A DNA stretch of 63,078 bases, the filler included, from Stramenopiles sp. TOSAG23-6 (taxonomy: Eukaryota), in NCBI GenBank assembly GCA_900128565.1. It is 23 parts of 23 records of this genome, joined end to end, with 100 filler letters (N's around TTAATTAATTAA, not from the genome) between each part and the next. Parts side by side here need not be neighbours in the genome. Positions count along the whole stretch, not along the records: positions 11,043 to 13,701 come from LT637893.1; positions 13,802 to 16,459 come from LT637894.1; positions 16,560 to 19,216 come from LT637895.1; positions 19,317 to 21,972 come from LT637896.1; positions 22,073 to 24,727 come from LT637897.1; 18 more parts are not named here. One strand, written 5' to 3'. Below are positions 11,096 to 23,640 of the stretch, in pieces (positions within the stretch are counted from its first letter, which is position 1; every line of letters begins with the position of its first letter). Position numbers and translations under genes: made by a program. The notes beneath the pieces were generated by a model. It was not told the origin of the DNA, did no database searches, and saw nothing but the letters and a program-made list of their open reading frames with translations.

Positions 11096-13645
11096 ATGTA
11101 CATCAGAGGGCAAAAATTCGACTTTTTCGTGTGGAATAGGTAACCAATCGGATAAACCATAATCATAAGCAACACGAAATATGGCACAAATATCTTCATT
11201 TTGTGTGGTTGTTGTTGGAGAAAAAAGTTGAGGAGAAATATTTTTTTTTTCATCCATAACTTTCATATTGTCATCAAGCGACATTGCATTGAGTTCATCA
11301 TAATTAAATTGATGATAAATTTTTACTCTTTTTTTCATCGATTTACGTAATAATGAAATTTCCTTTGAGATTTCACTTTTTTTTTTCAAAACAAATTCAA
11401 TTAGTGTTCCTAATAAAATACCAGAATTTAACCACACACGAACCCGACTGCCTATCAAACGATTTAATTTCTTTTGTGATTTTTCATCCTTCAAATTCCA
11501 ATGTAAATCTGTATTAAAATTGAAATTTGAATTTGTCTTATTATCCGTCGTAATATCATTATCATTACTAGCATCACTCGAAAAAGAACAATTATCTACT
11601 ATTCCTCGAATATTTTTCAATTTTTCAGAGAGATGTATTTTGGAAAAATATTTCAAAAAAAAAAATTAAATTCGTTAGGTACAAAATTTCGTATGAAAAA
11701 ACAAAATCGATTTTTTTGTTAAAAAAAAAAAGTAAAACATACATGACTTTTTATACGTTTTTCATTCGTTTGATGATCTGGACGAATATCATTATAATTT
11801 CCATGAACTTTCATATATTTATTATATTCCTTCTTTTCTGATTCAAATCGTTTCACATCATCTTCTGCAAGTTTGATCTCCTCTGCTAAATCGGCTGGAG
11901 TGAGCTTTTTCATTTCTTTTTTTAATAAAGATATCCTTTCATATTGCGATAAATTGGGAAATAATTCTTGCATTGGTTGCATAAATTTAAGAACATAAAA
12001 ATCGAAGACACTTCGTGGAACATTTGGTTGTGGTTTTACATCAACATTTCCACGTTGACTACGTAGAGGAATTTTCCTTAAAACAATTTTACGACTATTG
12101 CTACTTTTTACACTGAACTTAAATTGATGTATACCAGTCATTTCCTTACTTTTAGTTGATAGTTTACAAGATTTTTTTTGTTTTTTTTGTTTCTTACAGT
12201 GAAAATCAGGAACAGAACTGTCTTTATAATTCCAAGTGACTTTTCGTTTTTGACCAGTTATGGCCACAGAATCACGTTCATCTAAAATATCTAAATCAGT
12301 TGTCTTGATTTCAGCAAGTCCATACTATACTGTGAAAAAATATTTTTGAAATATTTTTGAAATTTGTTTGGTAAAAATATTTTTTTAGTAAAAAAAAAAA
12401 AAATTGAAAAAATATTTTTGAAATTTGTTAGATATTATGATATTTTCTAGTAAAAAAAAATGAAATTCAAAAGGACGACGTACACGGTCTCGCTCTCTTT
12501 CGACAAATGCAGCGAGAATTTCAGGATTTTGTTTTTTCCATTGCATCAATTCTCTCGCATATCGAATTTTATCTTTTTCGTGTTTTTCATTTGCGATTTT
12601 TTTTTCTTCTTTTGTTGCTGCCTTCCAGCGGAGACCTAACTGACGATGAATATCCTGAGGTGTAGCATTTGGATCTGCTATTTTGATTAACGGTCGATGA
12701 ATTTCTGCAAAAAAATTGTATGGGATTTTCGGCCCTTTTGGTCCTCCAGGAATATATTGTGAAAAAAAAGTTCAAAACATTGTTTTGAAATTTGTTAGGT
12801 ACGAAATTTCGTACGAAAAAAATGAAAAAAAAAAAAAAAGTTCAAAACATTGTTTTGGAATTTGTTAGGTACGAAATTTCGTACGAAAAAAAAATGGAAA
12901 AAAAAAAAGTTGAAATTTTAATGGGAATGTACATTTTCCTTTGTCGTACGACTTTTCGTTTGCTTGGCTTTGGAGCTGTATCTTTTTGTATTAACCATTG
13001 TAAATATTCTCGCTTTCGCTGTTCACTTGAATCCCGATTTTTGATGTCACAAATGTGAATCGCTGGGCGACTTTTTTTTGAAGTTTTTATTGACTTTTTG
13101 AATTTGGTTTGATGAGATTTAAAACGAAATGAATGAAGCTCTCGCCCAAGTTCAATTGCTCTTCTATCTTTCTCAAAACAATCATCAGTGATTGGAATTC
13201 CACAGACATATTTATCTGTTTTTAATTCATATTTTGGATATTTTGTTTGAGTCAACAAAAGTTTTTCATCTTCATCAGAACTACAGCACGAAACTGCTTC
13301 AACAACATCAATATAAGGATTTTCATTCAACCATTTTGCAATATCTTTTGCATATCGATGTTTATCAAGAATAGACAGTCGATTCGCCTCAGCGATTTCT
13401 GCTTTTGTTGCCGCTGCCCAGCGATTTTTAATTACAACTTTCGTCTCAGCATTAGTTAATTGTGGATTTGTATTACGTAATTCGGCGCGAAGTTTAGTGA
13501 CAAATATATGATACGCTGGGATCCAACGTTTTGGACCTTTTCGACCTTCGATTCGAAGCTTCCTTCTCCTTAGATTTCGTGCAGACATTTCGAGATTTTG
13601 AAAACCATCATCATCGTGATCAGATCCAGAGTTATAAAATGAATC
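11096..13645 (-). CDS. Protein with three HMG boxes, partial; exons 13645-12933, 12751-12484, 12324-11743, 11632-11096
   Basis: HMG-box starts GPKRWIPAYHIF, GPKGPKIPYNFF and PNVPRSVFDFY. Exon phases are consistent after removing the family introns. Confidence 0.8.
11633..11742 (-). other. Non-canonical GT-AT intron (family member)
   Basis: CAT|GTATGT...TACCTAAC...TTCCAAAATACAT|CTC; phase-0 join KSH|LSE. Confidence 0.8.
12752..12932 (-). other. Non-canonical GT-AT intron with duplicated core motif
   Basis: AT|GTACAT...CACAATATAT|T; the join restores IPGGPKGPKIPY at an HMG-box start. Confidence 0.8.
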
Positions 13646-13801
13646 CTGTATTTTGGAAAAATATTTCAAAAAAAAATCTAAAAAAAATTGTTAGGTACAA
13701 ANNNNNNNNNNNNNNNNNNNNNNNNNNNNNNNNNNNNNNNNNNNNTTAATTAATTAANNNNNNNNNNNNNNNNNNNNNNNNNNNNNNNNNNNNNNNNNNN
13801 N

Positions 13802-14559
13802 AAAGCTGCAAATCAAGGCAATACGGACGCACAGCTTCGTCTTGGTACATGTTATTTACGTGGTCATGGTGTCGCTAAATGTGAAAAAACTGCTGCTGAA
13901 TGGTGGACAAAGGCTGCAAATCAAGGCAGTATGCAAGCGCAGTATAATATTGGTTCCTTTTATTTTTTCGGTAAAGTTGTCACTAAATGTAAGAAAACTG
14001 CTGCTGAATGGTATACAAAGTCTGCAAATCAAGGCAATATGCACGCGCAGTATTCTCTTGGTGACTGTTATAGAAAGGGCGAGGGTGTCACTAAATGTAA
14101 TAAAAACAAGGTCATGGGAATTCACAGCTCTATCTTGGTTCATTTTATTTACATGGTGATGGTGTCGCTAAATGTGATAAAACTGCTGCTGAATGGTGGA
14201 CAAAAGCTGCAAAGCAAGGTTTAATGCAGGCACAGCACCATCTTGCTACATGTTACCATTTTGGTTGTGGTGTTACCAAAAATTTGAAAACTGCATCAAA
14301 GTGGAATAAGAAAGCAAAAAAGCAAATAACAGATAAAACAGAAAGCTTAATAAAAACAAAAATTATATCAATGGACAAATCAACATGTATCACTTGTGGT
14401 AAATCTGGTAGTCAATATAAGTTTGTCCTTTGTAGCCGATGTTTATCCGTGTGTTATTGTTCAAAGAAGTGTCAAACAATACATTGGAAGAGTACACACA
14501 AAAAAACGTGTCAAAAAATAAAACCTGAAAAAGTCGAATTGGTTGAATCAAAATCTTAA
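13802..14559 (+). CDS. Sel1-like repeat protein with C-terminal MYND zinc finger, 5'-partial, frameshifted near 14105
   Basis: Repeats AAEWWTKAANQG..AQYNIG; CITCG...CSRCLSVCYCSKKCQTIHWKSTHKKTC is zf-MYND. One repeat is internally shortened with a frame change. Confidence 0.85.
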
Positions 14560-14688
14560 GATTAGTCGTGTGAATTGAAGTTGTCTATATAAAAAAAGAT
14601 GAAATCGTAATTTTATTTCTATACATTGAAATTTGGTACAAAACAAAATAATATTTTCAATTTGCAATTTATTGTTTGAAATCAAAAA

Positions 14689-16430
14689 TTAACTACACCA
14701 AACCATAAAATCTGAACTTAAATTTCGCAATAACTTCAATTTCTCTTCAGGATATAAATCCCACTCTGGTGATACATTAGTATCACTACCATTATCTACA
14801 CCAGAACCAAGATTATATTTTGTACTTATATTGTTACCTGAAGGTACAAGACCACCACATCGCCCACGAATTCTATTACTATAAGGACCTGCTGTGGCAG
14901 CCCAATCTTGAAGTAAATCCATTGTTGCAGGTCGATTTCTAAGTGATTGATTATTTTCATTATTATTATTTTGTTTCTGATTTGTCTGTGACTTCCGCAA
15001 TAAATACAACTTCTTTGTCAAATCCGTCGCAATTTCTGTTAAAAATATTTTTTCTTTGAGTGTACCATAATGTGTACCACTCACATTTCCAAGCCTCTGA
15101 CGAACATCTTCTAACCTACTTTCAATTTCTGACGGTTCGATTGTACCAGAAGTACTCGTTTTAATCATACGTTGCAACTGAACATATCGAAGGATCATTC
15201 CACCTCGATGTTCCCATGTAGGCACTTCGAATTTATGTTGCTCTATCGCAGATAAAATCGTTTCAAGTGATTTAGTAGTATCTTCATCATTATTTAACAT
15301 TGTATGAGGTGCAACATCAGTCATTACAACTTCATGTGCTTCGACCCATTGTTTCGAGGATGTTAAATAGGTTAATTGTGCAGCAATGTTACCTTCATAT
15401 GCTGCGCGCTGAGCCATAGCAGCATGAACCCATTCTGTAGGTACATGTAACTTCCTCTGCAAAAATTCAGTTCTTTTTTGGAATTCAGGATCAACAAACG
15501 GTGGATCTGTTGTAAGAGGAGGACAATGACGACACATAATATCTCGCGCAGCAGCTTCGCGGTGTTCTGGATCAGGAAGATGCAATACAATATATATGGC
15601 CCATATCCACATTCCATATGCCTGTAACTGTGCCGAGAAATCACGATTTAAACGAGCAGATATTGAACGTACTGAATAATTACTTATATCATTCTCTGAA
15701 CAAGTTGGTACACATCCAAGAGCTACAAGAGCTTGAAGAAGAAACCAACTCATCTGAGCATCTTGAACATCATCGGTACTACTACGACAATCCAATGCGC
15801 CTAGAAATGCTCGAGCATCACTTCGATCACAAAACAAACGTAACAAACACCAAATGTTGTCACGATAAGCATCGTACCCGGAACTATTCCTAACCTCAAA
15901 ACTACTATACCCATCATCAAAATTTCCCTCATCAATGGTTTCAGTATTAACAGGATAACGCATTGGCCATTTCTCAATATACCAAGGACGAGGAACTGGA
16001 ACAGTTCGACTCTTCAAATTGTTGCGTTCAATATACGCGCGGACGACAGTGGCAACAGTTGCATTTGCTGGCAATATATTGTTCAACAATGTACTAAATG
16101 ATTGTTTCCATGACATCGAATCCGCAGATACATGACGTAAAACTTCCGCTTCATCTCCAGCAAGAAGTGCGTATGTTAGCCACAAATCTCGATGACGTAA
16201 TGCTATTAAATTGTGAGCTTTCTGTTTCCGCCATTCATCCAATTGTTCAGCAACTAAAAGACGAAATTCTTCACCACCCCCTGATTGAGCTATGAGACTT
16301 GCAAGACGAAGGTTTCCATCTGCAGAGGCATGCTCATAAGCTTCTTCGACACGACCAGCTACTAGTAATTGAAAAAGACTACCTTTTCCAGCTTCGCCTG
16401 TATTTTCAGATATGTTTTGTTCTATTACTT
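14689..16430 (-). CDS. NUP98: Nucleoporin Nup96 (C-terminal part of Nup98-Nup96), 5'-partial
   Basis: LFQLLVAGRVEEAYEHA..GNLRLASLIAQ, YALLAG, PRPWY, FSAQLQAYGMWIWAIYIVLHL, FLQRKLHVPTEWVHAAMA. The 5' limit is approximate. Confidence 0.88.
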
Positions 16431-16559
16431 TTATTATTTTAAAAGTAGAATTAAAAGAANNNNNNNNNNNNNNNNNNNNNNNNNNNNNNNNNNNNNNNNN
16501 NNNTTAATTAATTAANNNNNNNNNNNNNNNNNNNNNNNNNNNNNNNNNNNNNNNNNNNN

Positions 16560-19216
16560 CGTGATCGGCGATTACAAAAAATGGCTAGAGAGGCTGGAAA
16601 AGCTGTGTGTGATGCAAAACAACGTCGCATTTTGGTAGATGAACGTACTCGTGATGCTAGAAGAGCCCTTGCTCGTCGAATTGAGCAAAGTCAAGCCCAT
16701 GCAGAGTCGAACCGTTTGGAACTTCAAGCTCAGCGACTCTCTCGAAATCATACTGTGAGCCAACGTGTACAACAAAGGAAGCAGCAACTAGAAGGCGAGC
16801 AAAGAAAATTAGTTGATAAAATGTCCAAAGGTTTGAAACGACGTCTTAGTAATGCAGGCCATCGGCGGGAAGGTTTTTTACATGAAGTGAGTGAACAAGC
16901 CAGCGACAGTTATCAACATTTCTTTACAAGAATGAGTCCACAGGCGAATGCTTCATCTGCCCTTGCAACAGCCGTAGCAATGCAACCGAGTCCAACGAAA
17001 GATGAACTTCATACTATGCCAAAAATCAATATTGGCGATACAGAAAGAAAAGCATCGAATGAGGATTGTAATCTAACATTTTCACGTGAAAAAATTGGAG
17101 AAATATCCAAAGCAGTCGAACCAAATTCACGCCGGTCTTCTCTACTTGCAGAAGAACTAGGTACAAGTCAAGAGACTCTTCCACCAATAAGTCAAGAGAT
17201 TCTTCCACCAAAAATAGATCTCGTTTGCCCTCCTCCAATACCAGTTAAAATAATTCATGAAGACGAAATTGCTGGTTCTATGTCGCATCCAGCTATGCTT
17301 ATTCAACGCTATTGGCGTTCAAATGCAAAATATCGTAGATGGAAACGTAAATTATTAATGAAAATACCAATGAAAAATTCTAACTCGGAAGAACAAGAAG
17401 AACCTCAAATACCCATAACCTGGTTTATTCAATGGGTTAAAAAGCTTGGAGCTTTACCATTCGATGAATGTGCCCAAGAATTACAATCTGAAAATGGAAG
17501 AGAAAATACAAAACTCATGCTTGGAAGCATTCCTCGAACCATTGCTCTGTCTCGAATTGACCCACGTCTTCGATCTACACGTGTTTTTCTTTCGGCAGTG
17601 CTAATTACATTACATCCAGAAATTGCTCTTGGAAATAGTGGAGAAGCAAAGGATAGTGGGACAGAAAAAAATGATACAATAAGTGTAAATCTCCATGAAG
17701 CTGCGAAGAAAATGATGAAAATGGTCCATAGTCTAAATGTTGTTTGTTATGAAAAACCAGCGAAGTTGTGTCGTGTCCAGAAGATTGCAGAATGTATTCG
17801 CCGTTTCAACTTATCGCGACGAGCATTTATGATTGCATTTGTGCCATGGCGAAGTCGTGATATACCTAAATTACTGGGAAATTGCGCTCATATGTATATG
17901 AATCTTCTCGCGGCACAGGCAGAAACATATTCTCCAAAACTTTCACCCGCGTTACGATCTGAAGCAGTTTCCCAATCGGTTGAGACTGTGCAGATCTCAC
18001 AATCAGAAGCTGTAATGGCAGAAATTACAAGACAAAAAAAAATGGTCATGGAACAAGTAGTTCGCCTAATTGGTCCGTCCAAGGCTGCAGAGTGGGAATT
18101 GAGACTTCAAGCGGCAACCGCGCCATATTTTGCTCAGTATGCACGAAGCCCTGGAGCGTTATTGGAAAAACGCCAGATGCAAAGTGAGGCAAGTTCATCT
18201 TCTGTACCTCCGTCAAATCTAGACATTGTGAACTTGAATGCAGTGCGTGTGTCACGTGCAGCGGCTAATTCAGCATCGAAGAGTGCAAACTCTATTCGGG
18301 CTCTCTCGGCTGCTTGGCGAGGTGAAACGGTTTCACCATCTTCATCGCCCAGTTCTTCTGTTGGTAATACAGGTGGCAATTGGGCGACAATGGACGCTCG
18401 TAATGAAGCAAGTATGAAAACTCTGACATCGACTTCTCCTAAAGCTGGAACAAAATTACCACCTCGATCAATGCATGATAAAGCAGAGCGTTTCCGTGGA
18501 ATAAATGTATCAAACTTAGACACGGAATCACCTGCTGCCAAGGAGCCTACAGGATTGTTAAAGAATGAGCAACTAGCTCATGAATTAATTCTTAATCCAT
18601 CGTACCAACTTCCTATTCCTGAGATCCCTGAAAATTGTTTACTGCCTGAATCAACTGTTTTTACTTCAACAAGCAAAACGTGTGCGAATGAAAAAGAACC
18701 ACTTGACCTTGAAAGTAGATTTAAGAAAGCAATGGAGAGGGCTTATTGGGATAAACTCAAAAATGATGTCCAGAATGGTAACTTTGATCTCCTCATGAAG
18801 ATGCTAATAGAGTTGCATGGATCACTTCGATCTTTAGTGAGTGGCAAGTCCCAAGCATCTCAAAAGCTTGCAAGAGAGATGGAGAATAGTATTGACAGTG
18901 AGTGGCTAAAACAGAATTTGAAGCAGGGTGTATTTAGCATTGAAACTTTGAGAAAATTACTCCAATTTCTGGTGAGTATAATTCTGAAACTTGAAGCACC
19001 TGTTCATAATGAAGCTACCACTGCATGGCTTAGTGCCATTGAAAAGAGACTAACGAATTCAGCAAATACAAAACCAAAGAAGCCGGATGAAACTGTTGTA
19101 GATATTGATGAAATGACGGTAAAGGATCTTAGGAATATTGTGTCAAAATCCGGTTTATCATCTGAAGATTGTGTGTCAAAAAGTGAGTTACGTGATCGGG
19201 CTCGAGAAGCATTTAA
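16560..19216 (+). CDS. T-complex protein 11 (TCP11/SOK1) domain protein, partial
   Basis: RVFLSAVLITLHPE, NEQLAHELILNPSYQL, MERAYWDKL, LEAPVHNE. Also an IQ-like AMLIQRYWR and a C-terminal SAP/ARMET-like MTVKDLR..DCVSKSEL. Intronless across the contig. Confidence 0.8.
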
Positions 19217-19316
19217 NNNNNNNNNNNNNNNNNNNNNNNNNNNNNNNNNNNNNNNNNNNNTTAATTAATTAANNNNNNNNNNNNNNNNNNNNNNNNNNNN
19301 NNNNNNNNNNNNNNNN

Positions 19317-21972
19317 TACCATTAGATCAAGACGACATGCAATTTCAAGGTATAACAATTCTCCGTACAGAGATCTATATTTATAGCCTGATATAAATTT
19401 CGCATTTTGTCTTTCGTTCCCATTTTTCTCTTCTAGAACATCGTTTGTTGTTCTTTCAAGAGGTATTTTCGGATTCGGATTCATCGGAGTCTTCCTCTCT
19501 CGAGTTATACTTCGACCGTGTTTATTCATGATCTTTTCATATTTAGATAAAATGTCCAATACTTTTTGTTTCATGGAGACTTTGATTTCACCGTTGTCTC
19601 TCAGTTCAAAATTCATACCAATGTATGTGTATTGTTTCTTATTCATGTCAATGGTAAGATCTCCTTCAGACCATTTTTGCTTCATAGCGTCGAAAAGTTC
19701 GGTTGCTATTTCGTCATTATTGTAAACACAGAAAAAGTCGTCTACATGACATGCAATGTACATCACGCCTTTTTGTGTTTTCTTGACGAAGATGCATTCA
19801 TCAGTTGGGCAATTCTTGAAACCCTGATCTTGGAGAAATTTTCGTAGAACTCTATACCAAGCTGATGAACTCGATTTAAGTCCGTATAGGGAGCCTTTTA
19901 AATTAATAATGAAATTCTTATTATTGAAAGGAGTATTTCCCCATTCTTTCTTCCAAAGATTATTCTGTTTTAGAACTTTCTCTATATGCTTAGCGTTCAG
20001 TCCATGTGGTAGGTCCATTCCTATTATCATTCCTGATTCGAGACACGATTTTAGAAACGCTCCTGTTACATCGGCTGTGGCAATTTTCCAAGTAATTTTC
20101 TCATTTCTCCTGTATTGTTGCGTTCGTTCAAATGCACATTTTGTAGTTAGCATTCTAACGCTTATTGTATTGCTTACGGGTGAATATGAGAATTGATAGT
20201 CGATCCCTTTTACCATACCAAAGCCTCTAGCACATATTCTCGCTTTTATTTTGTTGAGAAGTCCGTCCTTTGCTGGTTTAACTTTCATAACAATGCGACT
20301 TGTCATATGCTGAGCTTTTGGATATTTTCTTTTGAAGTCTTTCCTTAGCATGAATTCGGTGATGTCGTTTCTTAAATTGAGTACGACTTCATCCGATTGT
20401 GCTAAGTTTATTCCTTCTTGAATTAGAATTGGTAATGCTTCGAATTCGGCTTGATTGGAAGGATTTTCTGGCCATTCTCTGACTGGTCCAAGTTCTTCGC
20501 GATGCGCTNNNNNNNNNNNNNNNNNNNNNNNNNNNNNNNNNNNNNNNNNNNNNNNNNNNNNNNNNNNNNNNNNNNNNNNNNNNNNNNNNNNNNNNNNNNN
20601 NNNNNNNNNNNNNNNNNNNNNNNNNNNNNNNNNNNNNNNNNNNNNNNNNNNNNNNNNNNNNNNNNNNNNNNNNNNNNNNNNNNNNNNNNNNNNNNNNNNN
20701 NNNNNNNNNATTACTGTGACTACATTTGCATTGCTATGATTGGATGCTTGACTTTCTCCTTCTTTCGATCCTTCATTCTCAGTTGTACTTGATTTTCGTT
20801 TTCTTCTTATTTCGTTTCTTCTCTTTTCTGTATTTCTCATTTCGTTATCCAGTACTTGTCTGATAATGTTACATATTGTATATCTTGTTTGAATCAAGTT
20901 AGAATTAGTTATCAACGATTTTCGTTTAATTTTAATTCTTTGTTGGATCTTGATACGACTGGATTTAGTAATATGTTTTGTATTATTTATCGTTTGCATG
21001 AAGTTCATATACGTCTTGCGTAGCTTTTTCTTTAGCTGATTACTTTGCTTTTCTTGCTTTTCTTGTAGCCGTTTCGATTTCCTTATTTNNNNNNNNNNNN
21101 NNNNNNNNNNNNNNNNNNNNNNTCCTTATTTCTTGTACCTTGGCCTTACGAGCCTTACGTCTTTGTTTGCGCAATACTTTGGCTCCTTCCTTTATCGCCG
21201 ATTCACTTGGTTTGAATTCTTTCGCATTGCGATCGAATTCATGTTTACTTTCGTCTGTTGGTTTTTCGGGTTTATCCGTATCCGAAATTTTTGTTGAAGA
21301 ATCTAAAACATCAGTAGATTGTTCATTCGATATTTCCGAAGAATCTATCTTTTCTGGTGTTGATTTTTCTTGTGTTCGATCTTGTGTATTATTTCCCCCA
21401 GTACTACTATTTGGAGTATCCAAATTTGTAGTGCTTGAATTGCGAACAGAAGGATCTTCCATTCTGTGTTCGTGTATTCTTGGGTCGAAAAGGAAACTTT
21501 TACTTCCTGAAGGTAAATCTTTGGGTGATAGTACCCATCTTTTCTTTCCATCGGGAAAAATAGCGGCGTACCATTTATTTGGCTGAAACTCTTCCTCGCA
21601 TTGCATAGTAAAAGTGTCGTTGCTATTTGATGTTTCTTTCGATTCGATCGATTTGGATTCTAGTACATCTTCCGGCACCACGTCTTGTTTATATTCGTGA
21701 CGTCGTTGCTGTAATGCACCTTTGCTACGATCCGGGATGTCTTTATTATAATTCAGGTCATCTTGATATACTTGCCGTTCTGTTTCATCTGTCCAATCGA
21801 ATTCATGTGACTTCCGTACGATTTCATACCCATCTTTTCCTTTTACTATCCATGTTTTTGTTATCTTAGGAGTGGTTGGAAATAGATCATCTGCGCTGTA
21901 GAGTAGAGTATGTCTACTTCTTGTAGTCGCATTGTTCGGTATAACTCTTCGTCCGGCTTCGCATGGAAATAA
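19317..21972 (-). mobile_element. Ty1/Copia LTR retrotransposon pol fragment; reverse transcriptase at about 19317-20400
   Basis: RVT_2 motifs KARICARGF, GIDYQFSYSPV, ADVTGAFL, LKGSLYGLKSS..AWY, HVDDF, YRSLYGELLYL..CRLDL. The upstream low-complexity ORFs are interrupted by N gaps, so their assignment to the element is inferred. Confidence 0.9.
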
Positions 21973-22132
21973 NNNNNNNNNNNNNNNNNNNNNNNNNNNN
22001 NNNNNNNNNNNNNNNNTTAATTAATTAANNNNNNNNNNNNNNNNNNNNNNNNNNNNNNNNNNNNNNNNNNNNTTTTTCGTACGAAATTTTGTACCTAACG
22101 ATTTTTTTTTGAAATATTTTTTCACAAAACAT

Positions 22133-23425
22133 GTTCTTCTGTCACACACAGAATTGACTAACCTCCTTGCAGAATTTAGACAATATGCTGTTTTAAACGA
22201 TTGGCCTCCACCGCATGACAAACAATCTTGGCTTAATAGAAAAAAAGATGATCCAAAATTAGTGTGTCCTTTGTTTCCTTTAGTATTGGCAGCATATTTG
22301 CGAAACCGTGAACCTCACGGGTGGAGTTGGGGTTTAGGTGATGGAAAATTATATGTAGTGAATAAGTTACTTCATAGTAGATCATGTATCTTTGTATCAT
22401 TTCTTTGCTTCGGATTTATATTTTCAGTAATGGCAACATTCATTGATGAAAAAGAAAAGGTTGCTGTTGAAGGAGAAGAAGATAAATGGACAGCATCAGT
22501 TTATAATTTAAATGGAATAGCAAAAGTTTTGTATACTTTTGGGTTTGTTGGTTGCCTTGACATCATCGTAAAAAATATTGCTGGAAAATTCCGACAAATT
22601 TCTACGGGAAAGTACGTTTTCATTATGAATTTCAAATTTATTTATTTTTTAGTACGAAATTTTGTACCTAATAAATTTCGAATTTTAATCTTTTTTACAA
22701 TACATGTCAATACTACGTCGTTGGGCGGCAAACATCCAAAATGATGTACATAATGATCGAGATATCGAGAATAAAACTGTAAAGCAAAACACAAGTTTAT
22801 TAGGCGAACTTGCAGATGTTGATGGAGATGGATGCATGTTTTATTTTTTTTTAATTCGAATTTTTGTTTCGTACGAAATTTTGTACCTAACGATTTTTTT
22901 CAGATATTTTTCCAAAATACATGTGTTGAAGTTTCTGAATTGAGGGCATTATTACTAGGTAGCGATATACCAATCAGTGAGCCTGCGATTCAATATATTT
23001 CACTTCAAATGCAAAAAATATCTCTAAATGATACTAAAATTGACCATGAAGAGTTCCAAAACTTTGTGATGTCCTTAAAATGTTCAACTAAAGTTGAGGA
23101 AAGCCTCTTTGTTTTTGAGCATGCGGTGCGAAATCCGATGATTTACGCTTTAGTATTTGCCATACTTTCATGCGCACTCGGTCTTGGTCAACATTTTGTC
23201 TGGGAAAGTAAAATAGTAATTGCCAAAGTAGCTGAATGCATGACGTTGTTCAGCGGTACAGTACCTATATATTACTACACTCAAGTAAAATGTGATCATT
23301 ATTTACTTGTGCAACAAGGAAAGCTTAATCTTGCCTGGGTTTTTAGAAACAGGATTACACAAAAGGAAAAAAAATCTTTAAAAGTTGCTGTAAAAAAGAC
23401 TCAACATCTAAATTTCTGGTTGTAA
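22133..23425 (+). CDS. Membrane protein with an EF-hand pair, 5'-partial; exons 22133-22611, 22706-22833, 22923-23425
   Basis: Splicing yields an intact EF-hand DVDGDGCVEVSEL and a second lobe KIDHEEFQNFV; several hydrophobic segments. Confidence 0.75.
22612..22705 (+). other. Non-canonical GT-AT intron
   Basis: AA|GTACGT...GTACGAAATTTTGTACCTAAT...TTACAATACAT|G; frame preserved. Confidence 0.8.
22834..22922 (+). other. Non-canonical GC-AT intron within an EF-hand loop
   Basis: T|GCATGT...TACCTAAC...TCCAAAATACAT|GT gives an exact 12-residue EF-hand loop. Confidence 0.85.
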
Positions 23426-23640
23426 TATTTAGTATTACTCATGAAATACAAATAATAAAAAGAAACGAGAAAAGGTTTACCGAGAATATACAATGTCACA
23501 AAAGCTTAGTTGTAGTCGAGTTTTATAAATTTCATCTAAATAAATTTGTTGAAAAATAATTCATTGATCATTTTTTTTTTCGTACGAAATTTTGTACCTA
23601 ACAAAAACAAAATTTGAAATATTTACTAGATGTTCAACTC

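Noticed and set aside
22612-22705. Ciliate-like DNA-excised IES elements
   Set aside because: Strict sense orientation with donor-like and branch-like signals points to RNA splicing. Not formally excluded without reads.
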